The notes under the pieces are model-generated. The model had not been told where the DNA came from. It saw only the letters and a program-made list of their open reading frames with translations, and did no database searches. The position numbers and the translations under genes were made by a program. A DNA stretch of 63,938 bases, counting the filler, from Octopus bimaculoides (taxonomy: Eukaryota): NCBI RefSeq assembly GCF_001194135.2. It is 4 parts of 4 records of this genome, joined end to end, with 100 filler letters (N's around TTAATTAATTAA, not from the genome) between each part and the next. Parts side by side here need not be neighbours in the genome. Positions count along the whole stretch, not along the records: positions 41,799 to 62,590 come from NC_068995.1; positions 62,691 to 63,938 come from NC_069007.1; 2 more parts are not named here. The stretch is one strand, 5' to 3'. Position 1 is the stretch's first letter. Each line of letters begins with the position of its first letter. Positions 51,171 through 63,816 of the stretch are shown here, piece by piece.

Positions 51171-51829
51171 TGACCTAGATCACTCAGCAGTAGTTGATAC
51201 TGCAGAGGAGTAACAAACAGATTGATGAATATGATGTCAAAAGATTGAATTACAAGCAATTAGCAAGAGAGGAAATTCTAATGAATTAATAAATGACACT
51301 CAATCGTCGAGAAGAAAGAAACATTAACTCAATGCCCAACACTACATTAATCTGATCTTGATAAGTACGAATGCCAACTCCGAATATATATCGGTATTGT
51401 TAGACCTCTTGAGCTAAGGACAGTTATTTTAATAATTGCTTGTTTAGTGATAAAATATTGGCCATATATATATGTGTGGTATATTCCTTAGTCATTACAT
51501 GCCAAAGAAACCAGAGTTAATTATCTTATTTCATGCAGGACCAAAGCACTTAATTTTCATTAATTCCTTTTGCCTTGTAACCCCTGATCGAGTAGATTAC
51601 TGACCAACGATATTCCAGCCATGACCATATCATCATATTTTCAGGTGTAGTACTTCAAGTAGCACCTTGTTCCTTGACAGTAGCGTACGATTACAGCTAC
51701 TATTGCAGTGTTCAGGTTAATTCTTGCAATATTAATGATAAGAGAACAGAAGGAAAACGTAACTACTATTTGCCTGACGTCATAAGGTGTTAGGTTTATA
51801 GGGTATTCAGGCTAAATTTGACAGTTTCA

Positions 51830-52208
51830 TTGTTGTTGTTGTTGGCACTCCGTCGCTTACGACGTCGAGGGTTCCAGTTGATCCGATCAACGGAACAGCC
51901 TGCTCGTGAAATTAACGTGCAAGTGGCTGAGCACTCCACAGACACGTGTACCCTTAACGTAGTTCTCGGGGATATTCAGCGTGACACAGTGTGATAAGGT
52001 TGACCCTTTGAATTACAGGCACAAGAGAAACAGGAAGTAAGAGTGAGAGAAAGATGTGGTGAAAGAGTACAGCAGGATTCGCCACCATCCCCTGCCGGAG
52101 CCTCGTGGAGCTTTAGGTGTTTTCGCTCAATAAACACTCACAACGCCCGGTCTTGGAATCGAAACCGCGATCCCATGACCGCGGTTCCGCTGCCCTAACC
52201 ACTGGGCC
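51830..52208 (-). mobile_element. SINE family C, near full length, (CAA)n tail
   Basis: Reverse-complement match to 15820-16211. Confidence 0.92.
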
Positions 52209-52719
52209 NNNNNNNNNNNNNNNNNNNNNNNNNNNNNNNNNNNNNNNNNNNNNNNNNNNNNNNNNNNNNNNNNNNNNNNNNNNNNNNNNNNNNNNNNNNN
52301 NNNNNNNNNNNNNNNNNNNNNNNNNNNNNNNNNNNNNNNNNNNNNNNNNNNNNNNNNNNNNNNNNNNNNNNNNNNNNNNNNNNNNNNNNNNNNNNNNNNN
52401 NNNNNNNNNNNNNNNNNNNNNNNNNNNNNNNNNNNNNNNNNNNNNNNNNNNNNNNNNNNNNNNNNNNNNNNNNNNNNNNNNNNNNNNNNNNNNNNNNNNN
52501 NNNNNNNNNNNNNNNNNNNNNNNNNNNNNNNNNNNNNTGTGTGTGTTTATATGTATATAAACACACACACACACATACAATTCGTCCGTTTAAAAGGTGA
52601 AAAGTTGAGGAAAGTTACAATCGTTGGTAATTCCAATCTGGAAACCTGGAAATCATGTTAGTCCACAAGCAGGAGGAAAGAACTCAGTAATAAGCGTAAA
52701 GTAGTATGTGTATACGTAT

Positions 52720-52775
<56 letters not shown>

Positions 52776-53358
52776 GCACTCACACATATGTATGAATGCA
52801 TGTACGCGTGTATGTTTGTGTGAATGTGTGTTTGTGTGCATGTGTGTGTGTGTGTGCGTGTGTGTGTGTGTGTGTGTTTGTACATGCGCACATGCATATA
52901 CAGAAACATATTTATAAAATGCATTTATTTTCTCATAACATGGCTACAATTGTGTCAGAAAAGCGAATGTTTAGTTTTGCATCATTAGAGAAGAAACGTT
53001 ACAGAATTGCGAATTGAGTTAATATACATTGGTTGTGACAGAGAAAAGGAACGGGCAAAGGAAAACAATTAGGTGTTGGAAAAAAAAGGAGCTAAGTGTG
53101 AAGCAAACTAGTTAGAGAGAAATAGGGAGGGAGAAAGAGAAAATGAGGGAGAGAGAGAGAGAAGAGGTGAAGAAAGGAAGAAGAAATAAAGTGAATGTTG
53201 GAAGTACTTAAGACAGAAGGCGGAAAAAAGTTCGAAAGTTTTTGATGAGGTAGGAAAGGTAGTGTTATATCCAGAATTGGGAACAGAATACTAGGTTAGC
53301 TAAAAGATGAGTATCGCCTGGTTGGGACGTGAGGAAGAAGAGATATGAATATAAAGAA

Positions 53359-53838
53359 GGTGGTGAGCTGGCAGAAACGTTAGAAACGCCGGACGAAATG
53401 CTTAGCGGTATTTCGTCCGGCGTTACGTTCCGAGTTCAAATTCTTATTTCTTTATTGCCCACAAGGGGCTAAACATAGAGGGGACAAACAAGGACAGACA
53501 AAGGGGTTAAGTCGATTACATCGACCCCAGTGCATAACTGGTACTTAATTTATCGACCCTGAAAGGATGAAAGGCAAAGTCGACCTCGCCGGAATTTGAA
53601 CTCAGAACGTAACGGCAGATGACATACCGCTAAGCATTTCGACTGGCGTGCTAACGATTCTGCCAGCGTACCGCCTTCTGAGTTCAAATTCTGCCGAGGT
53701 CGACTTTGCCTTTCATCCCTTCGGGGTCGATAAATTAAGTACCAGTTACGCACTGGAGTCGATGTAATCGACTTAATCCCTTTGTCTGTCCTTGTTTGTC
53801 CCCTCTATGTTTAGCCCCTTGTGGGCAATAAAGAAATA
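53359..53838 (+). mobile_element. SINE family A with 18-bp TSD, host of a nested copy
   Basis: TSD agatatgaatataaagaa at 53341-53358 and 53839-53856. Confidence 0.92.
53445..53675 (-). mobile_element. SINE family A nested antisense in another family A copy
   Basis: TSD ttc(c/t)gagttcaaattct at 53428-53444 and 53676-53692. Confidence 0.9.
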
Positions 53839-55729
53839 AGATATGAATATAAAGAATAAGAAAAGAGGGTACATAATAGTAGAGCTGAAAGGCATGTTGA
53901 AGTGAGAAGCAGGAGTAACAATATGGTTACAAGGAAAGAAAATGAACAGGGTGTAGCGATCTATACTCTGGCTGCTTCAAAGGACGACGAGCTAATTTTT
54001 GAATCTTTGGGAATATTAACCAAAATATAAGGGGTGGAATTGTTGTTGGGTCTTCGGATAGAATGCCTTGCTCTGTTTGTTCTAGCACTCTGTGCTTTAA
54101 GTTCAAATTTCACGGAGCCCCACTAAGCTTTCCACTCTTTCGAGGTTCATGAGTATAATAGCATTCTGGGGCGAGATACAGGTACGATCATTAGTGTGTC
54201 CAACGATATGCTTTGCCGTAGTTATTTCGGCTTTGTGCATTACGAGTTCAAATCCCAAAGTTAGATTTCTAATAAGGATTCTTCATATTAAATTCGTAGC
54301 TTACTATTGTAAGTATTTTTTTTTAAATGTGAAAATTTTACAAGTATAAGATGTATTATGAGCATTTATAGAACGCATATCCTCTATAAACTCAACAAAC
54401 AATAAAAGATGGAAAAGAGATGTTAAAAGTTTTATAAAATTTTAATCCATGCATACGATCGTTTCAAATCTTAATATCAACATGTAAGAAACATGGAAAA
54501 CATCAAATTAATTATAATTATAATTAAATTAAATTGATTACATATTACCATTCTCTTCAGTGCCCAAAAAAAAAAGAAGATTATATCAGAAAGGTTGTAT
54601 CAGAAGAATATTATATATATATATATATATATATATTAGTACAATATATGAATAATATTTCCGTGTTGTAGATAAGATAAGCAATTTTAGGTACTGAAAA
54701 TTTGATATGCAGATGCGATACCTACTGATGTATATTTACTAGGAATATAAGTCAGGCTGACTCAACACAGCCACAGTATAGTACTATTGAGCAGATGCGA
54801 AACCGTTGCTGTTACCACCGGTAGACATTTTATCAACTCGGCTAATTATATTAAGCTTGCCAAGATTGCTAACTTAGCCAAATTCTTAATTTAAGAATAT
54901 TTTCTAAGGGTATATTTAAGGGTATATTAGCCACATGAAAATAACTGTAACATTATTTTCTGATATTTGCACAGGATATAAGAGAGAAAATAAAATATCG
55001 TGGATATATCTCTCGAAAAGAACGTCTTTGCAAACTGCTTGTGTGTATTTTGAGAGTGTAATAACTTCGTATTACTTCAGCGATATTTTCAGACGATAAT
55101 AACTTTCTGTTTTCGTGTTTGGAATACTGTTCAGATCGGAATATAAGCAGATATGTTTGTGCACGCATGCGCATGCTGACGATGAAATTCTATTTCGCCT
55201 CTTGTTGATTCGAGTCAATATAATAGCAAGTATAATGCTCTGCACGATGTTAGGGAAGTGTTGTGTATATAGCTGCCGGGCTGCAAAATGGACGCTGCGA
55301 TACAATCCCATTTGTGGCAGCAGTGTTTACCAAACTGCTGCAGGCCTGTTTGGCCAACCATGTACTGACATCTTGATGAAAATGAAGTTGAACACAGAAG
55401 CTCCGTCGCACCGCCGATAAAACGAAAAGGAATCATGCCTTGTGGGTATAAAGCAATGTGTGCTCTTTGCAAATATGGAACTAATCTTTAGAAGTGCCGG
55501 AACTAACAAGTAGCTTGATAAATGATTTGATTAGACTAATGCCATCCCAGGAAAGAAATTAGAATGAAACTAGAAACAATGAAGAAATAGTAATCTGTTA
55601 CAAGACAAACCATGCTACAAATGAGAAAATTATTCCAATATGATAATTGGAAGAAATATGGCAAAATTGGTGAACAGGTTTTTCTGTGTTGCAGCTCGAC
55701 TTTGATTTGTTTTTGGTTGTTTCTTATCT

Positions 55730-55900
55730 TTTATCTTTTACTTTGCTCCAGTCACTGTGCTGCGGCCATGCTGGGGCATCGCCTTAAAGGGCTTTCGTCC
55801 AACAAATCGATGCTGCTACTTATTTTGAAATCGGTATCTATTGCCGAAACGTTATGTTGCAGAGACGTAAAGAAACCAACACCGGCAGTCGAGTGGTGGT
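55730..55900 (-). mobile_element. SINE family B 3' half
   Basis: cagtcactgtgctgcggccatgctgggg..ttgccgaaacgttatgttgcagagacgtaaag. Confidence 0.8.
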
Positions 55901-55919
55901 GAAGATAAGCACACGTATA

Positions 55920-55951
55920 TAATAATAATGATGATGATAATAATAATGATG

Positions 55952-56020
<69 letters not shown>
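55920..56020. repeat. (AAT)n/(GAT) microsatellite
   Basis: Direct. Confidence 0.95.
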
Positions 56021-56022
<2 letters not shown>

Positions 56023-56480
56023 GAGTATGGAGACTTGTACATCCACTATTTTTATTTTACAGTTATATACAGCATATTACAATGGCCTACACATGTTTCC
56101 ACTACAGCGACTGCTCGTTGTTGCAGATGCAGCCTTGCAATATTGTCAAGTTTCATCAGGGACCCTCTATTTGGTCTTATTCGGAGTGAATTGGTTGAAA
56201 ATGATGTTGGTTAGTATTCCGTAGAAGGTAGGGATGTTGCTATTTATAGTTACAAGAATCTAACCTAGATCTCATGTCTGCTGTTGACAGAAGTTGGGGC
56301 CTGGATGTAAAATAGGCCAATGTTGGAGTTTTTTCAATGTGTTTTTTGATATGTCTTAATAGCTGTATGCGCTACCCTTCGTTCAGAGGGCAGTGTTTAC
56401 ATAGAATTATTTTTGTTTGTTTAAATTCGTTTTGGTGGTCAGGTCCCTACTTTATTAGTATTGTATATTGTATAATTACT

Positions 56481-56755
56481 GTGTCGACGCCCCCAGATGA
56501 TGAAGTAGGCTAGCCCAAAAAACCAAGAGAGGCAAGAAGAACCAATGGATTTATGGTATGATTTGTTCGAGGTCCCAGAACCATAAGCAAAAGCAGAACC
56601 GACACGTAGGTCGCATCAGCAATATTTCAGCAAGTGATGGATACTATGCTAGCAGATTGTGAGTTCGCGGTCCCATACTTGGATGACATATTGATCAGAA
56701 GGGAATCAAGGGAAAAACATATTGAACATATAGTAGAGGTCATTCGAACGTACGA
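56481..56755 (+). mobile_element. Ty3/Gypsy remnant: LTR-like start plus RT fragment
   Basis: AIFQQVMDTMLADCEFAVPYLDDILIRRESREKHIEHI contains the Gypsy RT YLDD motif. The upstream gtgtcgacgcccccagatgatgaagtagg resembles the start of the solo LTR at 39050. Confidence 0.8.
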
Positions 56756-57293
56756 TATAACAGTAATGTATTCATTTATATTGTCTAAAAGTCCATTTAC
56801 TTGTGTGAAGACATCTCAGTGCTTCTTCTTGTCTGGTATTTATTAATTTGGATTTTGAAGTGAATATTTGGTAAAGTGCCTCTACGTGGAAACACGCGTA
56901 GATTATAATAATATGTTGTATATAACTAAAATAAATGCTAATATATAATCTGACTCGAAAGGGTTTTGTGGTCTGTGGGGACAAGAATGTATGTAATATA
57001 AGCATGTGTCCACACACACACATACACACACAAACGTGCACACATACTTACACATACATACACAGGCACGCACACACGCACACTTATTTACCTCATATAA
57101 TAGAATGATAGAATTATCTCCAACCTAATAACTGAAACCGGTAATTGTAAGTGCGCGCGTGTGTGTACACTATACTGTACATGCACCGTACCGCAGATTG
57201 AAAGAGTTTTATTGCAGCTTATCAAGATTATTAACTATATCAGGATCTAGACTTTCAGCAAGTTCTTAATTCAGTTGATATTTATTTACAATT

Positions 57294-57491
57294 AGGCGCA
57301 GGAGTGGCTGTGTGGTAAGTAGCTTGCTTACCAGCCACATGGTTCCGAGTTGAGTCCCACTGCGTGGAACCTTGGGCAAGTGTCTTCTACTATAGCCTCG
57401 GGCCGACCAAAGCCTTGTGAGTGGATTTGGTAGACGGAAACTGAAAGAAGCCCGTCGTATATACATATATATATACATGTATGTATGTATG

Positions 57492-57525
<34 letters not shown>

Positions 57526-57772
57526 TGTGTGTATGTATGTATGTGTGAGTGTTTGTATGTCTGTATTTGTCCCCCAATCATCGCTTGACAACCGATGCTG
57601 GTAGGTTTACGTCCCCGTAACTTAGCGGTTCGGCAAAAGAGACCGATAGAATAAGTACTAGGCTTACACAAAGAATACGTCCTGGGGTCAATTCGTTCGA
57701 CTAAAGGCGGTGCTCCAGCATGGCCGCAGTCAAATGATTGAAACAAATAAAAGAATAAAAGAATAAAAGAAT
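57294..57772 (+). mobile_element. SINE family B, full length, (AAAAG/AATAAAAG)n tail
   Basis: Head, CORE-like segment, internal (TATG)n, 3' body and tail are all contiguous. Confidence 0.92.
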
Positions 57773-57774
57773 TA

Positions 57775-58230
57775 GGTCGGCGAGCCGACAGAATCTTTAG
57801 CACGCCGGGCGAAATGCTTAGCGGTATTTCGTCTACTGTTACGTTCTGAGTTCAAATTCTGCCGGGGTCGACTTTGCCTTTCATACTTTCGGGGTCTATA
57901 AATTAAGTGCCAGTTGTGTACTGGGGTCGATCTAATCGACTGGTCCCCTCCCCAAAACTTTAGGGCCTTGTTGCTTAGAGTAGAAAAGAATATTTGTTTG
58001 CGATTAGGGAGGTGAGCTGGTAGAAATGTTAGCATGCCAGGCGAAATGTTTAGCGGTATTTCGTCTGTCGTTACGTTCTGAGTTCAAATTCCGCCAAGGT
58101 CGACTTTGCCTTTCATCCTTTCGGGGTCGATTAAATAAGTAGCAGTTATGCACTGGTGTCGATGTAATCGACTTAATCTCTTTGTCTATCCTTGTTTTCC
58201 CACTCTATGTTTAGCGCCCTGTGGGCAATA
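57775..58230 (+). mobile_element. Two head-to-tail family A SINEs with different tails
   Basis: 57775-57992 ends ggccttgttgcttagagtagaaaagaat; 58008-58230 ends gcgccctgtgggcaataa. Confidence 0.9.
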
Positions 58231-58371
58231 ATGACGTAAATATTAGTTTGCAATTGTCAAAAAGAAACCCACCCCAGAAGAAACGTCTCTTATGCCTTAT
58301 AACTAAGTAGTTTGACAATTAAAAATCGATTAATTATGTTCGATTGAAAGAAAATGAATATATATGCATAG

Positions 58372-58760
58372 GTACAAGCATGGTTGTATGGTTCCGGGTT
58401 CAGCACCATTGCTGATACCTTGAGCATGTGTCTTCTACTATAGCTACGGACGGATCAAAAATTCTGGAGTGGACTTGGTAGAAGAAAACCAAAAGAAGTA
58501 GTATGTATGTTTGTGTGTGTGTTCGTTCGCGCGTATGTATCATTGTATTTTTCTTCCCACCGGCACTTGACAACCGGTGTTGGTGTATTTACGTACCTAT
58601 ATCTTAGTAATTCAGCGAAAGTGTTTGATAGAAGCATCAGTCAAAAAAAAAAAAAAAAGGAAGTTCTGAGGTCGTTTCATTTGACTAAAATTCTTCAAGG
58701 CGGTGCCCCAGCATGGGTACAGTCAAATTACTGAAACAAGTAAAAGATCAAAGATAAAAG
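58372..58760 (+). mobile_element. SINE family B (decayed)
   Basis: ggttccgggttcagcacc...gtgtcttctactatagc...ttgacaaccggtgttgg...gccccagcatgg. Confidence 0.8.
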
Positions 58761-58854
58761 ATAGGCATCCATGCACAATTCTACTACGCTTGTTCTCATT
58801 AAAATTTCCCTTAAGTCATGCAAGCTATATTGTCCGTTTTCACCTTGCAAATTC

Positions 58855-58894
<40 letters not shown>

Positions 58895-60354
58895 NNNNNN
58901 NNNNNNNNNNNNNNNNNNNNNNNNNNNNNNNNNNNNNNNNNNNNNNNNNNNNNNNNNNNNNNNNNNNNNNNNNNNNNNNNNNNNNNNNNNNNNNNNNNNN
59001 NNNNNNNNNNNNNNNNNNNNNNNNNNNNNNNNNNNNNNNNNNNNNNNNNNNNNNNNNNNNNNNNNNNNNNNNNNNNNNNNNNNNNNNNNNNNNNNNNNNN
59101 NNNNNNNNNNNNNNNNNNNNNNNNNNNNNNNNNNNNNNNNNNNNNNNNNNNNNNNNNNNNNNNNNNNNNNNNNNNNNNNNNNNNNNNNNNNNNNNNNNNN
59201 NNNNNNNNNNNNNNNNNNNNNNNNNNNNNNNNNNNNNNNNNNNNNNNNNNNNNNNNNNNNNNNNNNNNNNNNNNNNNNNNNNNNNNNNNNNNNNNNNNNN
59301 NNNNNNNNNNNNNNNNNNNNNNNNNNNNNNNNNNNNNNNNNNNNNNNNNNNNNNNNNNNNNNNNNNNNNNNNNNNNNNNNNNNNNNNNNNNNNNNNNNNN
59401 NNNNNNNNNNNNNNNNNNNNNNNNNNNNNNNNNNNNNNNNNNNNNNNNNNNNNNNNNNNNNNNNNNNNNNNNNNNNNNNNNNNNATATATATATATATAT
59501 AAAAGAACCGAGTCTTAATTTTACGTTGGTTTGGCGAAGCAATTAACAGAAGATAGTAGCATAATTTGATCAAAAGACCCAATTTTAAGTATTGTATATT
59601 TAAGTATTAACACTAAAGAAGTTACTACTGATTGAAAGCAGTTTTATTGTAATACCAAAAACGATAATTTTTTTTAACTTTAAACCTTCTGTGAAGCGTC
59701 AAACATCCTATTTTTTTAAAACTTCAATAAACGTACGTCTTTTAAACACTATAAAATCACGCTCCCTTCTGCCGGAAATTTGCACCTGAACAATGACTCA
59801 AAGCATAAAGATACAGCAAGTTCATGGTGTTATTAATGAGTATAAACCAATGGACGAATGTGAAATAACTACTATATTGGTAAATGATTTGCTCTCATTC
59901 ATTTAAACATATTTTTTTTAAAAATCATTCTTTTTACCAATCCAATTGCATTTGTATAACACGCCATCTTACTAACAATAATATAACAAAGTTGAATCCG
60001 TCTTTCAACGTAGCGGATGGACTTATACGTTTAATTTCCGCACAGAGCACAATGAACAAGCTATGTGCAAATGAATCACGTTTCTCAAGAGGTTCATTAA
60101 GAACTGTTCATAAGAGTCAACTAGACAGCAGGTGAAAAGTGTGACGATGTGTGAAGGAGAATGTGGAATTCGGCTTACGTAATGAAATGCACATTATTCT
60201 TGGATTAAGCACCTACTTTTGTTTAAATGACTCTGTGTGTGTTTGTGTGTGTGTGTGTGGGTATGTATGTGTGTATGTGGGGATGAGATAAGGATGGGTG
60301 GGTAATTCAAAATCTGTGTGAATTTTCAAATAGGAGAGGAGAAAATTACTCGTC

Positions 60355-60420
<66 letters not shown>

Positions 60421-61730
60421 NNNNNNNNNNNNNNNNNNNNNNNNNNNNNNNNNNNNNNNNNNNNNNNNNNNNNNNNNNNNNNNNNNNNNNNNNNNNNNNN
60501 NNNNNNNNNNNNNNNNNNNNNNNNNNNNNNNNNNNNNNNNNNNNNNNNNNNNNNNNNNNNNNNNNNNNNNNNNNNNNNNNNNNNNNNNNNNNNNNNNNNN
60601 NNNNNNNNNNNNNNNNNNNNNNNNNNNNNNNNNNNNNNNNNNNNNNNNNNNNNNNNNNNNNNNNNNNNNNNNNNNNNNNNNNNNNNNNNNNNNNNNNNNN
60701 NNNNNNNNNNNNNNNNNNNNNNNNNNNNNNNNNNNNNNNNNNNNNNNNNNNNNNNNNNNNNNNNNNNNNNNNNNNNNNNNNNNNNNNNNNNNNNNNNNNN
60801 NNNNNNNNNNNNNNNNNNNNNNNNNNNNNNNNNNNNNNNNNNNNNNNNNNNNNNNNNNNNNNNNNNNNNNNNNNNNNNNNNNNNNNNNNNNNNNNNNNNN
60901 NNNNNNNNNNNATATATACATGTATATCTATATATGCATATATGTGTGTGTGTGTGTATATATATGATATATGATAAATATATATATAATGTATGTATAT
61001 ATATAATGTATGTATGCATGTATGTATGTATTTATGTAGAAATATGTCATTAATGAAGTGATTGTTGATCACTGAGAATTACTCGTCCATCGTAGATCTT
61101 CTCAAACGATCCAATCCATTATTGATGTTGAAATGAATGAAAGCAAAATATGATCGAAGCGCTGCCAAACACATTGAACGATCTCATATCATTTCTTGCC
61201 TCACAGCTGATCTGTTATAAAATTGTGACCTGGAATCCGTTGAGACTTCATAGATATCGATAGGAACATTGTGTCTGTCAATAACCAATGATATATCTGC
61301 GAAGTCCCAGCAACAAGAAAGTGGGTTATATATAAAACCAGCAAGGAAATTATGTAAAAGAGAAAACGGCATTAAAACCAATCATGCTGTGATTTTTGCA
61401 CTACATTTTTCCATTGACAAAATATGGCTTATTCTTTATATTTCCATATATTTCTATGTTTTATTATTTTTTACTTGCTTGGTCTCGCGGAAAGGTCAGT
61501 ACCGATAGCCTCTACAGCTCAGTTCGAGACTAGAATTTAACTGTAACTGTTGCAAGTCGATACTTGCCGAAAAGGACATAAGCAAGGACAGTGTTCCAGA
61601 GAGTCGACCTCTTCCTAGAGAGGAAGGAGACAAGGAATAATGGTTAATGCAGGGGGTGAGGGGAATTAATAGAGAATGAGTGTCTATACATATGCTGTAT
61701 GTATATGTCGATAAACATATGCATGTACGT

Positions 61731-61897
61731 AGGCGCAGGCGTGACTAACTGTGTGGTAAGAAGATTGCTTCGCAACCACATGGTTCCGGGTTCAGGCCCA
61801 CTGCGTGAAACCTTGGACAAGTGTCTTCTACTATAGTCTCGAGCCGATCAATGCCTTGTGAAGGGATTTAGAAGACGGAAATTGAAAGAAGCCCGTC

Positions 61898-61955
<58 letters not shown>

Positions 61956-62230
61956 ATATATATATATATGTATGAATGTATGCATGTATGTATCTCTGTG
62001 TGTGTGTGTGTATGTCTATGTATCTGTGTTTGTTCCCCTACCACCGTTTGACAACCGCTTCTGTTGTGCTTACGTCACCACAACTTAGCGATTCGGCAAA
62101 GAGACCTATAGAATAAGTACCAGGCTTTAAAAAAACATGTACCGGCTCGAGTCAGTCGACTAAAATGCTTTCAGGGTGGTGCCCCAGCATGACCGAGTCT
62201 AATGACTGAAACAAGTTAAAAATAAAAGAT
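61731..62230 (+). mobile_element. SINE family B, full length, internal (TA)n
   Basis: aggcgcagg...ctgtgtggtaag...ggttccgggttcagg...gaagcccgtcg(TA)n...ccagcatgacc..tgactgaaacaag. Confidence 0.88.
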
Positions 62231-62300
62231 ATACAGTATAGCATGAAACTCTCGGAACTTGAATCACACTGTTACTTCTGCTAAATATTAATACATACAT

Positions 62301-62358
<58 letters not shown>

Positions 62359-62535
62359 TTTCTCTGTAATTCATTAGTAATACAAAATACTTCCAGTAAT
62401 ACTGTAGAAGTCACATGACAACTATACGGAAGTTTATCTACGTGGAGCTCTAAACATAGTAGTAACAGTTGAACATCTATTTGTACACACCATTTCTGCT
62501 AAGTGTGCGTGTGTGTATGCGTGTGTGTGCATATG

Positions 62536-62590
<55 letters not shown>

Positions 62591-62690
62591 NNNNNNNNNN
62601 NNNNNNNNNNNNNNNNNNNNNNNNNNNNNNNNNNTTAATTAATTAANNNNNNNNNNNNNNNNNNNNNNNNNNNNNNNNNNNNNNNNNNNN

Positions 62691-62781
62691 GAAGAGATGT
62701 TGGCGTGGGCCCCCACCCTGGCATCCGAAACTCGGAGTTTTATCATGGCTACTGAATAAGTGTCACATATTTTTACAGATA
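62691..62781 (+). repeat. Inverted repeat, left copy (gap-truncated), with hammerhead-like motif
   Basis: gaagagatgttggcgtgggcccccaccctggcatccgaaactcggagttttatcatggctactgaataagtgtcacat is the reverse complement of 63817-63908 with few mismatches. Confidence 0.9.
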
Positions 62782-62945
62782 AATTCCTCTATTTACATAA
62801 TATCAAGGTCTCTTTCTTTCTTTTGTTGTCCTTCCTGTCAAATATATATATATATATATATATCTTTACATATATATATACATATATATATATATATCTT
62901 GACATATATATATATCTTGACATATATATATACATATATATATAT

Positions 62946-63012
<67 letters not shown>

Positions 63013-63432
63013 TATGCATATATCTATAATAATAAATGCCAGAACAAATTTCTGTGTGTCAGTGTGTCACACTTTGACCTCCTCTCTTACTATTCAATGG
63101 CACTTCTACTCCTCTTAGTGGGATGAGAGTAATAGTAGGAATATAGATGGTGAGGGTGGTAGTAGATTGACAGTGGAGATGGTAATGGGGTGAAAGTAAT
63201 AGTATGAACTGTAGTTGTGATAGAGTTGGAGGCGACGGTGGTGGTGGTGGTAGCTGAGATGGTGGAGCATGAAAGTGATAGTAAGGGATGTGAAAGACAG
63301 TGGTGATGGTGGTGGTGGGGAAGGTCTGAATGGTGTATGTATGGCGGTTGTGGTGGCGTTGGTGGTTGTACTGGTGATGGTGATGGTTGCTAACAACCAA
63401 CAGAAAGAGAGAGAGAGAGGGGNNNNNNNNNN

Positions 63433-63463
<31 letters not shown>

Positions 63464-63816
63464 TGTGTATAGATACATAAACAGAATTTGAAATGAAAAA
63501 AATAGAATTGGAAATCCTCTCATTGACCATGGGGACCGGATTCATTATAGTTTTGACACAGTTAAAGTCCAAAGACTTTATATATCAAGGAACTGATTCT
63601 GTTAACGATACAGAGAATGTCACTGAAATGATGGACAAAGGTTCCATCTCAAGAACAACACTTGTAAGTGAAATGGTGAAAAACAAACAGAAAGAAATGA
63701 ATACATTATCAAAAAGAGATACATCTAAATATATACACATAAGTGTGTGTGCGTGTGTATACATACATACATACATACATACATACATAAAAAAAAAATA
63801 TATATATATATATATA

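Noticed and set aside
55115-55420. Cys-rich ORF with YNPICGS (Kazal-like) and CCxxxC (insulin-like) strings
   Set aside because: Cysteine spacing fits neither the Kazal nor the insulin A-chain pattern.
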